Part shown: positions 31,084 through 42,960 of the stretch, one piece after another
Layout of the letters: the number at the start of each line of letters is the position of its first letter
Position numbering within the stretch: the first letter of the stretch is position 1
Assembly: GCA_965140705.1 (NCBI GenBank)
Contig: OZ223302.1
Coordinates: 160,001 to 224,000, forward strand
DNA from: an uncultured Arcobacter sp.
GTDB lineage: Bacteria > Campylobacterota > Campylobacteria > Campylobacterales > Arcobacteraceae
Length of the DNA: 64,000 nucleotides
Direction of reading: 5' to 3'
The notes under the pieces: model-generated
Database searches by the model: none
Told to the model about the DNA's origin: nothing
What the model saw: the letters and a program-made list of their open reading frames with translations, nothing else
Program-made: the position numbers and the translations under genes

Positions 31084-32619
31084 CTATTTAGAATCAACTA
31101 AATTTTTTGCAAACTCATAAGCTTCTTTTGTAATATTTTCTCCACTTATCATTCTAGATATCTCTTCTATTTTGCCTTTGTCATCAAGTATTTTTACACT
31201 TGATACGCCATTTTGTTTATCCACAAAAAAGTGTTGTTTTGCAGCTGCTGTTAATTGTGGTTGATGAGATATTGCAAATATTTGATATGACTTTGACAAC
31301 TCTTTTAAAACAGTTGCAATAGCATCACTCTCTTTACCACTTAAATTAGCATCAATTTCATCTAAAAATAAAATTCCATTATTCATAATTTCAAAGTTAC
31401 TCATTGAAGTTAGAAGAGCAAGTCTAAGTCTGTTGAACTCCCCTGAACTAATAGTCTCTAAATTTACGCCATTTAACTCTAAAATAACTTCATCTTTCCC
31501 TAAAGCATCTATTTGTTTATCTTTTAAATAAATTTTTGCATTTGACAAATAAAGATATTTTAAATAATGATTTACACTCTCTTCTAAAGTCTTTGCACTC
31601 TCTTTTCTATAAGTAGTTAAAGCAGAAGCCAACTCTTCAACTTTTAAAGTCAATTGTTTAACCTTTTTTTCTAAAATACTTTTTTCAAAAGAGATATTAT
31701 CATAAGAATCTAACTCTTTTTGTTTTTGCTCTTTGTATTCTAGTGCTTCTTTTATTGAACCAAATCTTTTTTGCAATGCCGATAATTTTTCTATTCTATC
31801 TAAAACAGCCTCTATATCTAACTCTTCAAGTTCATATAAAGAATCATTGAATCCTTCAAAAATATTTTCAAGCTCATTTATCGCTTCATCAAAAAATGAA
31901 CTATCCTTATCCATAATATCCAAAGCCTTTGAAACACTTGTTCTAAATTCAAATATACCCTTTGACATAGATATTGCTTCTTCTATCTTATCTTTTTTAG
32001 CAAGTGTTTTTTTTATCTCATTGAGTCCTTCATATTCATCAATTTTTGGATTTATTGATTCTATTTTTTCAATCTCATACTTTGCAAACTCTTTTAACTC
32101 TTCAAGTTTTGATTCATCATCATTTATTTTTTTCAATTGTACAGATATGTCTAAAAGCTCACTATAATTATTTTCATACTCATCTTTTAAAGCTTCAAAT
32201 TTTTTGTCCTTTGAAGATGCCAAACTATCTAAAAATTTGACTAATCTAACACTTTCAAAATCACTACTATCTTTTAAATGTAGATGCTTAACTAAAGAAC
32301 TTGAAAATGATGTTAAAGCTTTTTTTGATATTGTTTGAGAGTTTAAGAAATATCGCACCTTATCTTTTTTTATCTCTTTTATAACAATATCATCATCAGG
32401 TTCTATTCCAAACTCTTCACTACTAATAGAAGAGTTCTCAATAGTTGTTTCACTTAAATTAGCTTTCGCCTCTTTTTTGCCAAACAAAGCTAAAAAAGCA
32501 TCCATCAAGATTGACTTTCCAGCACCAGAAGGTCCTGTAAAAACTATTAAACCCTTTTCAAACTCCAAATCAACTTTTTGAAAAGAAAGATAATCTTCTA
32601 AATAAAATCTACTAATCAT
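31084..32619 (-). CDS. recN: DNA repair protein RecN
   Basis: GPSGAGKS, SSGEFNR, LDEIDA, ISHQPQ; next to nadK. Confidence 0.9.
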   Translation of the reverse strand: MISRFYLEDYLSFQKVDLEFEKGLIVFTGPSGAGKSILMDAFLALFGKKEAKANLSETTIENSSISSEEFGIEPDDDIVIKEIKKDKVRYFLNSQTISKKALTSFSSSLVKHLHLKDSSDFESVRLVKFLDSLASSKDKKFEALKDEYENNYSELLDISVQLKKINDDESKLEELKEFAKYEIEKIESINPKIDEYEGLNEIKKTLAKKDKIEEAISMSKGIFEFRTSVSKALDIMDKDSSFFDEAINELENIFEGFNDSLYELEELDIEAVLDRIEKLSALQKRFGSIKEALEYKEQKQKELDSYDNISFEKSILEKKVKQLTLKVEELASALTTYRKESAKTLEESVNHYLKYLYLSNAKIYLKDKQIDALGKDEVILELNGVNLETISSGEFNRLRLALLTSMSNFEIMNNGILFLDEIDANLSGKESDAIATVLKELSKSYQIFAISHQPQLTAAAKQHFFVDKQNGVSSVKILDDKGKIEEISRMISGENITKEAYEFAKNLVDSK

Positions 32620-32625
32620 TTTTGC

Positions 32626-33492
32626 TTAATTTCCCCATCTTAATTTTTCGTTTAATACTTCGAAGTAGTTTCTTTGACATCTGTGAATTAATCTTGCCTT
32701 ATTAGGTGAAATCTCTATTTTGACGGTTTCATTTTCATTTATATCATAGATATCTTGACCATCAATTATAACTAATGCTCCTTGTTTATCAGTAATTGTA
32801 AACTCAATTTTAAAATCAGCTGGTAATACTAATGGTCTTTGAGTTAGACTATGAGGGGCAACTGGAGTTACAATAAAGGCTTCAGTTAAAGGATAAACAA
32901 TAGGTCCTCCAACAGATAAATTATAAGCAGTAGAACCAGTAGGAGTAGAGATAATTACCCCATCACCAAAATAAGAATTAAAAGGTATACCATCAATTTT
33001 TGCAGATAGACTTATCATTGAAGATACTGATTTTCTAGTAATTACTATATCATTAAAAGCAACAAAACTCTTCTCATTTGCAGACCCATTTATCATCATA
33101 CGATGGTCAATTCTATATTTATGTTCAAACATCAAAGGCAAAAAGTTTTCAACTTCACTAAATCTAATATCAGTCAAAAATCCTAAAGTACCTAAGTGAA
33201 CCCCAAGTACTGGAATGTCAAATTTAAAACTTCTTCTAACTACAGAAATAAGAGTTCCATCTCCACCAATTGATACCAAAAAATCACAGACTTGACATAA
33301 ATTATCAAGTTCAATACCATCTTCATTGATCATAAGTGCACTTTGCTTTTCTAATATAACTTCTATATTAGCCTTTAAAAAGTGATTTTTAATCACCTCA
33401 TAATCTTTTTTGATTTCAGGAGAATTGGGCTTTAAGATAAAGCCTGCTTTTTTGATTTGATTTAGTTTTTCATTGCTTGTAGTTATTTTCAT
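32626..33492 (-). CDS. nadK: NAD kinase
   Basis: GGDGT, ND, TPTGSTAY. Confidence 0.95.
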   Translation of the reverse strand: MKITTSNEKLNQIKKAGFILKPNSPEIKKDYEVIKNHFLKANIEVILEKQSALMINEDGIELDNLCQVCDFLVSIGGDGTLISVVRRSFKFDIPVLGVHLGTLGFLTDIRFSEVENFLPLMFEHKYRIDHRMMINGSANEKSFVAFNDIVITRKSVSSMISLSAKIDGIPFNSYFGDGVIISTPTGSTAYNLSVGGPIVYPLTEAFIVTPVAPHSLTQRPLVLPADFKIEFTITDKQGALVIIDGQDIYDINENETVKIEISPNKARLIHRCQRNYFEVLNEKLRWGN

Positions 33493-33556
33493 GTTTGGAT
33501 TATATCAAAATTATCTTTCAGGTAAAGCATCATCTTTATTTTTAAAAATAAAAGCC

Positions 33557-33593
33557 AAAAAAAAACCCTAGCTCAAAATAAGCTAGGGTTTTT
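33557..33593 (-). terminator. Intrinsic terminator after fusA
   Basis: AAAAACCCTAGCT / AGCTAGGGTTTTT stem with U-tract on the minus strand. Confidence 0.9.
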
Positions 33594-33614
33594 AATTTAA
33601 AAGAGAAAGGCTAA

Positions 33615-35723
33615 TTAACCATTTCTCTTTTTAATAATTTCGTCAGAAACATTTTTAGGAACTTCTTGATATGAATCAAAAATCATAGAATATGTTGCTC
33701 TACCTTGAGACATAGATCTTAAGTCTGTAGAGTATCCGAACATTTCAGATAATGGAATCATTGCAACAACAAGTTTTACACCAGCTCTATCATCCATAGA
33801 TTGAACTTGTCCTCTTCTTTTATTACAATCCCCAATAACATCTCCCATATAATCTTCAGGAGTTTCAATTTCAACTTTCATGATTGGTTCTAATATTACA
33901 GCTTGTGCAGCTGCAGTTCTACAACCTTGTTTGAAACCCATAGAAGCAGCTAATTTAAATGCTAATTCAGATGAATCCACGTCATGGAAAGAACCATCGT
34001 AAAGAGTTACTTGAATATCAACCATTGGGTAACCAGCTAGGATACCACCTTGCATAGTTTCTATACAACCTTTTTCAACAGCTGGAATATATTCTTTAGG
34101 AATAGCTCCACCTTTAATTTCATTAACGAATACAAAGTTTTCTTCTCCACCAGCTGGAAGAGGAGTAATTGTCAAGTAAACATGACCATATTGACCTTTA
34201 CCACCAGATTGTTTTGCATATTTGTATTCTGATTTAACTTCATTTTTAATAGTTTCTCTATAAGCAACTTGAGGAGCACCAACTTCAGCTTCAACTTTAA
34301 ATTCTCTTTTCATTCTATCCACAAGAATTTCAAGGTGTAACTCACCCATTCCTGAAATAATAGTTTGTCCAGATTCTTCATCAGTTGCAACTCTAAATGA
34401 TGGATCTTCTTCAGCAAGTTTACCTAATGCAATACCCATTTTTTCTTGGTCAGCTTTAGTTTTTGGCTCAACTGCAACAGAGATAACTGGTTCTGGGAAT
34501 TCCATTCTTTCTAAGATAACTGGATCTTTCTCAGATGCTAATGTATCACCTGTAATTGTTGATTTAAGACCAACAACTGCACCGATTTCACCTGCATATA
34601 ATTGAGAACACTCTTCTCTATTATTTGCGTGCATTTTAAGTAATCTTCCGATTCTTTCTTTTTTCATTTTTGTAGAGTTCATTACATAAGTACCTGATTC
34701 TAAGACACCTCTATAAACTCTTGCAAATGTTAATTGTCCAACAAATGGGTCAGTCATAATTTTAAATGCTAATGCTGCAACTTCACCTTCATCAGTAGAA
34801 GGAACAATAACAGCTTCACCATCTTGAGTTTCACCTCTAATATCAGCAACTTCAGTTGGAGCTGGTAAATACATAGCAACTGCATCAAGTAAAGTTTGAA
34901 CACCTTTATTTTTAAATGCAGTACCACAAGTCATAGGAGTAATAGTCATATTTAAACAACCAGCTTTTAGACCTTTTGTAATTTCTGCTTCAGTTAACTC
35001 TTCACCTTCAAGATATTTTTCCATTAACTCTTCGATTTGTTCAGCAGCAGCTTCAACCATTCTTTCTCTATATTCTTCTGCTTGTTCTAATAAATTAGCT
35101 GGAATCTCTTCTACATGGTAGTGAGAACCCATAGCTGCATCTTCATCCCAAACAATAGCTTTCATTTGTACTAAATCAATAATACCTTTAAAATCTTCTT
35201 CTGCACCTATTGGTAATTGAATAGGAATTGCATTAGATTTTAATCTTTCGTTAACTTGTTTTTCAACCATAAAGAAATCAGCACCAGTTCTATCCATTTT
35301 ATTAACGAATATCATTCTTGGTACTTTATATTTATTAGCTTGTCTCCAAACAGTTTCAGATTGTGGTTGAACCCCACCAACTGAACAGAATACTGCAACA
35401 GCACCATCAAGAACCCTCATAGATCTCTCAACTTCAATTGTAAAGTCAACGTGACCCGGAGTGTCAATGATGTTTATTTGTAAATCTTCACTTGTAATTG
35501 GGTGTTTCCAGTGACAAGTTGTAGCAGCAGAAGTAATTGTAATACCTCTTTCTTGCTCTTGTTCCATCCAGTCCATTGTAGCAGCACCTTCATGTACTTC
35601 TCCAATTTTGTGTGATACACCTGTATAAAATAAAATTCTTTCAGTAGTTGTAGTTTTTCCTGCATCAATATGAGCAGCAATACCAATATTTCTAACTCTG
35701 TTAAGTGGTGTTTTTCTAGCCAT
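33615..35723 (-). CDS. fusA: Elongation factor G
   Basis: [21 protein letters not shown]. Confidence 0.99.
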   Translation of the reverse strand: MARKTPLNRVRNIGIAAHIDAGKTTTTERILFYTGVSHKIGEVHEGAATMDWMEQEQERGITITSAATTCHWKHPITSEDLQINIIDTPGHVDFTIEVERSMRVLDGAVAVFCSVGGVQPQSETVWRQANKYKVPRMIFVNKMDRTGADFFMVEKQVNERLKSNAIPIQLPIGAEEDFKGIIDLVQMKAIVWDEDAAMGSHYHVEEIPANLLEQAEEYRERMVEAAAEQIEELMEKYLEGEELTEAEITKGLKAGCLNMTITPMTCGTAFKNKGVQTLLDAVAMYLPAPTEVADIRGETQDGEAVIVPSTDEGEVAALAFKIMTDPFVGQLTFARVYRGVLESGTYVMNSTKMKKERIGRLLKMHANNREECSQLYAGEIGAVVGLKSTITGDTLASEKDPVILERMEFPEPVISVAVEPKTKADQEKMGIALGKLAEEDPSFRVATDEESGQTIISGMGELHLEILVDRMKREFKVEAEVGAPQVAYRETIKNEVKSEYKYAKQSGGKGQYGHVYLTITPLPAGGEENFVFVNEIKGGAIPKEYIPAVEKGCIETMQGGILAGYPMVDIQVTLYDGSFHDVDSSELAFKLAASMGFKQGCRTAAAQAVILEPIMKVEIETPEDYMGDVIGDCNKRRGQVQSMDDRAGVKLVVAMIPLSEMFGYSTDLRSMSQGRATYSMIFDSYQEVPKNVSDEIIKKRNG

Positions 35724-35732
35724 TTATAATTC

Positions 35733-36212
<480 letters not shown>

Positions 36213-36216
36213 CTAC

Positions 36217-36600
36217 TTATTTCTTAGCCGCTTTAGGCTTTTTAGTACCGTATTTAGATCTTGCAACTGTTCTGTTTGCAACACCAGCAGTATCTAAAGC
36301 ACCTCTAACGATGTGATATTTAACCCCAGGTAAATCCTTAACTCTTCCCCCTCTAACTAAAACGATAGAGTGTTCTTGTAAGTTGTGACCTTCACCACCA
36401 ATATATGAAATAACTTCATAACCTGTTGTTAATCTAACTTTTGCAACTTTTCTTAAAGCCGAGTTAGGTTTCTTTGGAGTTGTAGTATATACTCTTGTAC
36501 ATACTCCTCTTCTTTGTGGACATTTTTCAAGTGCTGGAGATTTTGATTTTTCAACCACTCTCTTTCGCTCTTTTCTAATCAATTGATTAATAGTAGGCAT
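36217..36600 (-). CDS. rpsL: 30S ribosomal protein S12
   Basis: [18 protein letters not shown]. Confidence 0.99.
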   Translation of the reverse strand: MPTINQLIRKERKRVVEKSKSPALEKCPQRRGVCTRVYTTTPKKPNSALRKVAKVRLTTGYEVISYIGGEGHNLQEHSIVLVRGGRVKDLPGVKYHIVRGALDTAGVANRTVARSKYGTKKPKAAKK

Positions 36601-36738
36601 TTTTTCCCTTTGTTTAAATTGGTTTGAGTAATTATAGCATTACCCAGGCTTCTCGATTGACTTGATATATACACCTGTATAATCAAAACGATACTACCAT
36701 TTTAGAGAAACTGTAGTTGTTTTCTAAAAAAGTTAGGG

Positions 36739-36744
36739 ATTATA
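36739..36744 (-). promoter_or_regulatory. -10 box of the rpsL operon
   Basis: TATAAT with AT-rich upstream DNA, implying a ~130-nt leader. Confidence 0.6.
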
Positions 36745-36799
36745 CTTAAAATAAAATTAATTTAGGCTTATATTATATTTATTACCTTGTTAGTAATCA

Positions 36800-39700
36800 T
36801 TATAAATCTTTACAATACTTTCCTTTTTTATTATATTTTAACTTTTTTTCTTTTTTAATATTAAAGTCAATTTCTTTTATTATTTTTCTAGCATTAAATA
36901 TTTCTTTTTTATAATATTCAGCAAAATTCCAAATAAGTATAGCTTTTTCAAAATTTTCTTTTGCTTTTATACATTCTTTCTTGTCTTTATAAATATATGC
37001 AATATTATTATAACTTGATGCTAAATCAGGATGTTTATATCCTAAAATCTCTTCTCTTAACTTCAAAGCTTTTTCTTGATATTCTAAAGCTTTAGTTAAT
37101 TCTCCCATATCTTGATAAATCGTAGAGATATTATTATAACTTGATGCTAAAGCAGGATGTTTATATCCTAAAATCTCTTCTGTTAACTTCAAAGCTTTTT
37201 CTTGATATTCTAAAGCTTTAGTTAACTCTCCCATATCTTTATAAATCGTAGAGATATTATTATAACTTAATGCTAAATTAGGATGTTTATCTCCTAAAAT
37301 CTCTTCTATTAACTTCAAAGCTTTTTCTTGATATTCTAAAGCTTTAGTTAATTCTCCCATATCTTGATAAATCATAGAGATATTATTATAACTTGATGCT
37401 AAAGCAGGATGTTTATATCCTAAAATCTCTTCTCTTAACTTCAAAGCTTTTTCTTGATATTCTAAAGCTTTAGTTAATTCTCCCATATCTTGATAAATCG
37501 TAGAGATATTATTATAACTTGATGCTAAAGCAGGATGTTTATATCCTAAAATCTCTTCTGTTAACTTCAAAGCTTTTTCTTGATATTCTAAAGCTTTAGT
37601 TAACTCTCCCATATCTTGATAAATCATAGAGATATTATTATAAATTGATGCTAAAGCAGGATGTTTATATCCTAAAATCTCTTCTGTTAACTTCAAAGCT
37701 TTTTCTTGATATTCTAAAGCTTTAGTTAACTCTCCCATATCTTTATAAATCGTAGAGATATTATTATAACTTGATGCTAAAGCAGGATGTTTATCTCCTA
37801 AAATCTCTTCTATTAACTTCAAAGCTTTTTCTTGGTATTCTAAAGCTTTAGTTAACTCTCCCATATCTTTATAAATCGTAGAAATCAAGTTATAACTTTT
37901 AGCACTTTCTTTTGATTCTTTTCCAAAGGATTTTATTCTTATTTCTAAAGACTTAGTTTGTACTTCCATCGCTTTTTTATACTGTGCTAAAGAGTAAAAA
38001 AGATAAGTCAAAGAATCAAGTATTCCACAAATATACTCATCTTCTTTATCACTAAATATATCTAATAATGATTTTATTATAGGAATATACCCATTTAATT
38101 TATTTGCAATAATAGTAGAATCATTTGTATCAATATAACTTCCTATATTAGTTAAAATAAATGTTATGTCATCATAAGGTACCATATATTCACTCATTAC
38201 AAAAGTTTTTATAATTTGATGAAGTTTGTAACTGTTCTCTTTTTTATTTAACCAACCACGCTCTACTAATTTTTGAAGATTAACCTTTAATTTTTCTAAA
38301 CCTATTGATCTATTTAAAATCTCAAATTCTATTTCCATTGAAGGATATAAAGCCAATATTTGCAATAACTTTTTTAATTCTGGATTTGATTCAGAATTAA
38401 ACTGTTTATTATAAGTATTTTGAAGATGTTCTTGAAATGTTTTATCATCTTTTGAATCAATTTTTGAAATAGTATTATTTTTTATATTTTCTCGTAACTC
38501 TTCCAAAGTTACATATTCTTGAGATAAAGATTTTGCAGTTAGATTAATAAAAAGAGGATGATTATCTAAATAAATCAATATATCATCTATTTCAGTATCT
38601 TTATCATAAATACTTAGGAATAATTTTTTTGCATCGTCTGGATTTAAAGTATCTAAATTAAGTTGATTATCTGCATCAATATCTTTAATCCGAGTTGTTA
38701 TTAATAAATCAAAATTTACATTTAAAACTTTTATCTTATCAAAGTCATTTCTATTTTCTAAATTATCAATTAACAATAAATTTCTACTTGGTAAGCCTTG
38801 TAATCTTTGTATTACGCTATCTAAATTTGATTTTTCATCTAAAGAAAACGTCTCTTTAAACTTTCTTATAAATAACTCTTCCAAAGAACTTGTTTCTTTT
38901 GTAATTTCGATAAATGCTATATTTTTATATTTATGTTTATTTTCATGTAGATATTGATATGAAAGTTCACTTTTACCAACTCCACCAATTCCATTTACAA
39001 TATAAGTTAAACTATTGTTTAATAAGTTTTCTTCAATTTGTTTTAATTCCTCTTTTCTACCAACAAACTTATCATTTATTGCAGGTAAAGTTGTTAAATT
39101 ATATGCACTTTCGTGATAAAGATTTTTTGTTTCTAAGATAGATGCATCTTCACCTTTATTAGTTTCCAAAGTAGAGAGAACCTTTAATTTCTCAATTAAA
39201 GGTTCTCCATGATTTTCATATTCTATAACTTTTATATTTCTATTTAAATCTTCTACAATTGAACCTTTTTTGCATAAAATATAATGTTCATGACTATTTT
39301 CACCAAATATTTCTATTGTTCGATTTAATTGTTCTACTATGAACTCATCATCTAAGCTAAAACCTATAAATAAAAGTGATTTTGACTGAATCACTGCCCT
39401 TAAAGTTTCTAAAGCACTTTTATATTTGCTATCTTGTGAGTTTTTCGTATAAAGTTCATTGTATTTTTTTGAAGTTAAAATAATGTTATTGACATTATCA
39501 ATGTGCCCATGAATATGCCATACTATTGGCTTAGTTATTTCATCTCGTAGTGAAGTTGCTTGCTCATGTATTGCTTCGATATCCCAATATTTTTTATTTA
39601 TATCGTTACAAGAATTATAAATGACTTTGTCATAATTAGTTGTAATTACTAAATTGCTATTCAATCCCCAAACTGTTTTTGCCAATAATAATGTATTTTC

Positions 39701-40003
39701 ATCAATTTCGGAAAAATTTATATCAAATGATTCTTTGATTTTTCTATTAAATTCATTCTTAGTTAAACATTTTTCAATTCTATCTGCTATATCTAAATAA
39801 TCTATTGGTTTGTCATCTAAGAGTGCATCAATTACATTTTTTTTGCTATCTTCTTTTATATCAATTACAAAACTTCTTAGAAGTTCTTCCCAATTAGGAA
39901 AAACTTTTGAGCCATCTTTATATTTTATTTCTTTTGATACTCCAGCACCAACAAAAGGAATCACTTTATTTTCACTAATTAATCGTTGTAATTGACTTTC
40001 CAT
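36800..40003 (-). CDS. SIR2-like domain + STAND (NB-ARC-like) NTPase + TPR array; Avs/NLR-like candidate anti-phage protein
   Basis: PFVGAGVS, ITTNYD, HIHG, LLFIGFSLDD (SIR2_2); FVGRKEEL, GIGGVGKS, LLLIDN, ITTR, HPL, LHQII (STAND); 42-aa TPR repeats. Confidence 0.85.
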   Translation of the reverse strand: MESQLQRLISENKVIPFVGAGVSKEIKYKDGSKVFPNWEELLRSFVIDIKEDSKKNVIDALLDDKPIDYLDIADRIEKCLTKNEFNRKIKESFDINFSEIDENTLLLAKTVWGLNSNLVITTNYDKVIYNSCNDINKKYWDIEAIHEQATSLRDEITKPIVWHIHGHIDNVNNIILTSKKYNELYTKNSQDSKYKSALETLRAVIQSKSLLFIGFSLDDEFIVEQLNRTIEIFGENSHEHYILCKKGSIVEDLNRNIKVIEYENHGEPLIEKLKVLSTLETNKGEDASILETKNLYHESAYNLTTLPAINDKFVGRKEELKQIEENLLNNSLTYIVNGIGGVGKSELSYQYLHENKHKYKNIAFIEITKETSSLEELFIRKFKETFSLDEKSNLDSVIQRLQGLPSRNLLLIDNLENRNDFDKIKVLNVNFDLLITTRIKDIDADNQLNLDTLNPDDAKKLFLSIYDKDTEIDDILIYLDNHPLFINLTAKSLSQEYVTLEELRENIKNNTISKIDSKDDKTFQEHLQNTYNKQFNSESNPELKKLLQILALYPSMEIEFEILNRSIGLEKLKVNLQKLVERGWLNKKENSYKLHQIIKTFVMSEYMVPYDDITFILTNIGSYIDTNDSTIIANKLNGYIPIIKSLLDIFSDKEDEYICGILDSLTYLFYSLAQYKKAMEVQTKSLEIRIKSFGKESKESAKSYNLISTIYKDMGELTKALEYQEKALKLIEEILGDKHPALASSYNNISTIYKDMGELTKALEYQEKALKLTEEILGYKHPALASIYNNISMIYQDMGELTKALEYQEKALKLTEEILGYKHPALASSYNNISTIYQDMGELTKALEYQEKALKLREEILGYKHPALASSYNNISMIYQDMGELTKALEYQEKALKLIEEILGDKHPNLALSYNNISTIYKDMGELTKALEYQEKALKLTEEILGYKHPALASSYNNISTIYQDMGELTKALEYQEKALKLREEILGYKHPDLASSYNNIAYIYKDKKECIKAKENFEKAILIWNFAEYYKKEIFNARKIIKEIDFNIKKEKKLKYNKKGKYCKDL
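37002..37883. repeat. Seven near-identical 126-bp tandem repeats encoding 42-aa TPR units
   Basis: Units start at 37002, 37128, 37254 and so on; only 9 codons vary. Confidence 0.95.
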
Positions 40004-40105
40004 ATAAAACCTTATAAATATTACAAATTAAACTAAAACTAAATATTTTATCTAATTATAAATTAATATTAATATCTCCAAACTATCACAATAATATAAC
40101 TTTCT

Positions 40106-40652
40106 CTCTTGAAGAGGTAAACCTCTCTGTTTCTCTTACTTTTACCTTTCAGGATTTAGTCACTTCGTTTCCGCATGTATTGACGAAAAATAAGCAAAAG
40201 CAACTACGGCTTAGGAGGCAAAGGTTCCCTCACTTATTATTTTTATCTTTTCTAATTGGTAAAACTCGTTTATTAAAACTTGCATTTAGCAACTTTTAAA
40301 CACTCAGACAGTTACCAATCTTATTTCAAAAAGAGAAAAATAAACGTTCGGCTTCTGTAGATGTAGCAATATTATTTGGTGTCTATATATTACTTTATAA
40401 ATAAAAATTTGAACTATAGGTATTTCTTTCTGCCTTTGATGAAGCTGAAAGTTTTATGTTTATTTTCGGTAAAGCCCGAAACTATTTGAACGTTAAAAAA
40501 TGACCTAAACGGTCATTTTAGTGAGTTTTGCAGGGCAGGAAATAAATATATAACTGGAAGGTAGCTTTGCCTTCATCAACTCGGCAGTCTTTTTTGTTTA
40601 CTTTTTCGAGATCAAAAAGTAAGAAAAGCGAAAACCTTTAGGTTTTCATGAG
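40106..40652. repeat. Structured non-coding element, copy A (two inverted half-units)
   Basis: Ends CTCTTGAAGA / TTTTCATGAG; reverse-complement homologue of 44879-45417. Confidence 0.85.
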
Positions 40653-40666
40653 AAATCATTTATACT

Positions 40667-40692
40667 AATAAGGCTAAAGAAATAGCCTTATT
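40667..40692 (-). terminator. Hairpin after the MCP gene
   Basis: AATAAGGCTA-aagaaa-TAGCCTTATT. Confidence 0.7.
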
Positions 40693-40693
40693 T

Positions 40694-42817
40694 TTAAGAT
40701 TTTCTAAATTTCTTTTTATTTACATTTTCAATGATATTTTTAGCAATAGCAGAGGTATTCACTGCTATTTCTTGAGTATGATTTGCAACATTTGCATTCT
40801 CTTGAGTTCTTGAATCAAGACCTGCAACTGCACCATTGATTTGTTCGATTCCTTCTTTTTGTTCAGTTGAAGCAACTTCAACATGAGATATTAGTTGTGT
40901 AGTTTTATTTATATTTTCATTTAATTCTGCATATCCACTAATCATCTCATCTGCATTTTTCTTACCAGTATTTGCTTTTATTGTGGCATTTTCTACTAAA
41001 TTTTTTATCTCTTTCGCAGCTTCTGCACTTCTTGATGCTAGATTTCGAACCTCTGCTGCAACTACAGCAAATCCTTTTCCTGCTTCTCCTGCTGTTGCTG
41101 CTTCTACTGCTGCATTTAATGACAAAATATTTGTTTGAAAAGCGATTTGATCAATTACTGTAATTGCTTCTGCAATTGCACTTGTTTGTTCATTTATCTC
41201 ATTCATTGATTCAACTGTTAGTTTTGCTAAAGCTTGTCCTGAACTAATTGATTTAAGTAAATTATTTGAATAAACTGCCATTTGTGAAATATTTTGAGTA
41301 TTTTCTACAATAGTTGATGTAATCTCTTCAATTGAAGCAGAAGTCTCTTCTAGGGAAGCTGCTGTGTCTGTTGATGATTTATTAAGTGTATTAACATTTT
41401 CTAATAGTTGTTTTGCATTATTTTCTAAAGTTAACCCTAATTGGTAATTTTCTTGCAACATTCCATTAATAATATCACATAAGCCATTTAGACCTTTTGC
41501 CACTTCCCCAGTAGCATTATCTATATTTTTCTCAAAATCAAGTTTTGAATACTTTTTAAGTGCAGCTAAAATTGTATTGATATTGTTATTTACATTTTTA
41601 GCATTTGCTTTTATCATATCATTTAGAATATCTTTTAATTCATTTAATGATTCTTTTGAAGAAGTTTTTTCCACTTGAACATCGAGATTTCCATTTTTGA
41701 TTTCAGTAACTACTTCTTTTACATTTTCAACTAGTAGCCTATCTTTATCTATTCCATCTTTTACAAATTCTATCTCTTCATCAATTTTTCTTGCCATATT
41801 TCCAAATTCATCATTTGTTTGAATATTTAATGGTTCTACTGTATTTTTTGTACCTTTTAAGTATTCAAAAAAATCATTTAACCCTGATTCAAGAGTATTT
41901 ATTGGATTCAATAATTTTTTTAGTAAGAAATATAAAAGTAATAAAATTATAATTAATAATCCAATATAAATAGCTATTTGTTCTAAGATATGTTTATTTA
42001 TCTCTTTATATACACCCTCTTTACCTAATTCAACAACCAAATACCAAGAAGGAATAGAAACTTTACTATAAGCTACAAGTTTCTTAACTCCATTTTCAGT
42101 AGCTTCTGCAAATTTATTCTCTTCATCTGACCTAATGCCTTTGAATAAAAGACTATCTTTTTTCAATAATTCTTTATTTTTATGAATTATCACTTTTCCA
42201 TCATTTGATAAAAGATAAGCAAATCCATCTTCACCTAACTTTAAATTTAATATCTCATTTACAACAGTGTCTAAAAATATATTCGCACCAACAACACCTA
42301 TAAATTTTCCATCTTTAACATACGGAGAGAAAACTGTAATAACTAGTCTTTTAGTAGTATTATCAACAAAAGGTTCCGTTACTCCTGAACTTTGTATTTT
42401 TATAGCTTTTTTATACCATGGTCTAATTCTAGCATCATAATTCATAGTTGCGATACTTTTCAAGACACCATTAAACTTAATCAAATCGCCACTATCTTCC
42501 AAGCCTAAATACATACTTGCAAAATCACCTGCTTTTTTACCAAGCATAAGTTGATTTACTAAAACTTTGTTGTCTATTGTAAGATTTTGATTTTCTATCA
42601 TATTAGCAACAGACTCTACTACAGTAATCTTTGATTGAAGATAATCATTAATAAATTTTGCAGTTTGTTTAGCTAATGCTGATTCATTTTTCTCTGCTAA
42701 AGAAGCCTCAGTTTGGTATTTACCTGAGGCATCTTTATATCCAAGTATAAGAAATGAACAAGAAATACTTATAAACAATAAAACTAGAAGTTTTGATTTT
42801 ATGCTAGAAATATTCAT
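40694..42817 (-). CDS. Methyl-accepting chemotaxis protein with dCache sensor
   Basis: YDARIRPWY Cache motif; [31 protein letters not shown]. Confidence 0.95.
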   Translation of the reverse strand: MNISSIKSKLLVLLFISISCSFLILGYKDASGKYQTEASLAEKNESALAKQTAKFINDYLQSKITVVESVANMIENQNLTIDNKVLVNQLMLGKKAGDFASMYLGLEDSGDLIKFNGVLKSIATMNYDARIRPWYKKAIKIQSSGVTEPFVDNTTKRLVITVFSPYVKDGKFIGVVGANIFLDTVVNEILNLKLGEDGFAYLLSNDGKVIIHKNKELLKKDSLLFKGIRSDEENKFAEATENGVKKLVAYSKVSIPSWYLVVELGKEGVYKEINKHILEQIAIYIGLLIIILLLLYFLLKKLLNPINTLESGLNDFFEYLKGTKNTVEPLNIQTNDEFGNMARKIDEEIEFVKDGIDKDRLLVENVKEVVTEIKNGNLDVQVEKTSSKESLNELKDILNDMIKANAKNVNNNINTILAALKKYSKLDFEKNIDNATGEVAKGLNGLCDIINGMLQENYQLGLTLENNAKQLLENVNTLNKSSTDTAASLEETSASIEEITSTIVENTQNISQMAVYSNNLLKSISSGQALAKLTVESMNEINEQTSAIAEAITVIDQIAFQTNILSLNAAVEAATAGEAGKGFAVVAAEVRNLASRSAEAAKEIKNLVENATIKANTGKKNADEMISGYAELNENINKTTQLISHVEVASTEQKEGIEQINGAVAGLDSRTQENANVANHTQEIAVNTSAIAKNIIENVNKKKFRKS

Positions 42818-42960
42818 TTTTTTCCTTTAGGAGTATTTTTATAGCTATTATACATAAATAATGTGTCATTAGTGTGATAAATTTATATTCATTTAACTTT
42901 GATAAAAGACTAAGGCATAAAACACTAAAATTCCCAAAATTTAAAATAAAGATACTTTTT

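Noticed and set aside
33493..33614. No tuf after fusA
   Set aside because: Normal for Campylobacterota, where tuf lies elsewhere.
37002..37883. TPR repeats as a CRISPR array or DGR target
   Set aside because: They are in-frame 126-bp coding units with no spacers or cas genes. No reverse transcriptase or template repeat lies in the window, and many AAT codons are invariant. A remote DGR cannot be fully excluded.
40106..40652. Element as an autonomous IS, attC array, tRNA/rRNA or known riboswitch
   Set aside because: No transposase or integrase, no target duplication, no cassette array, and no motif of an RNA family I recognise.
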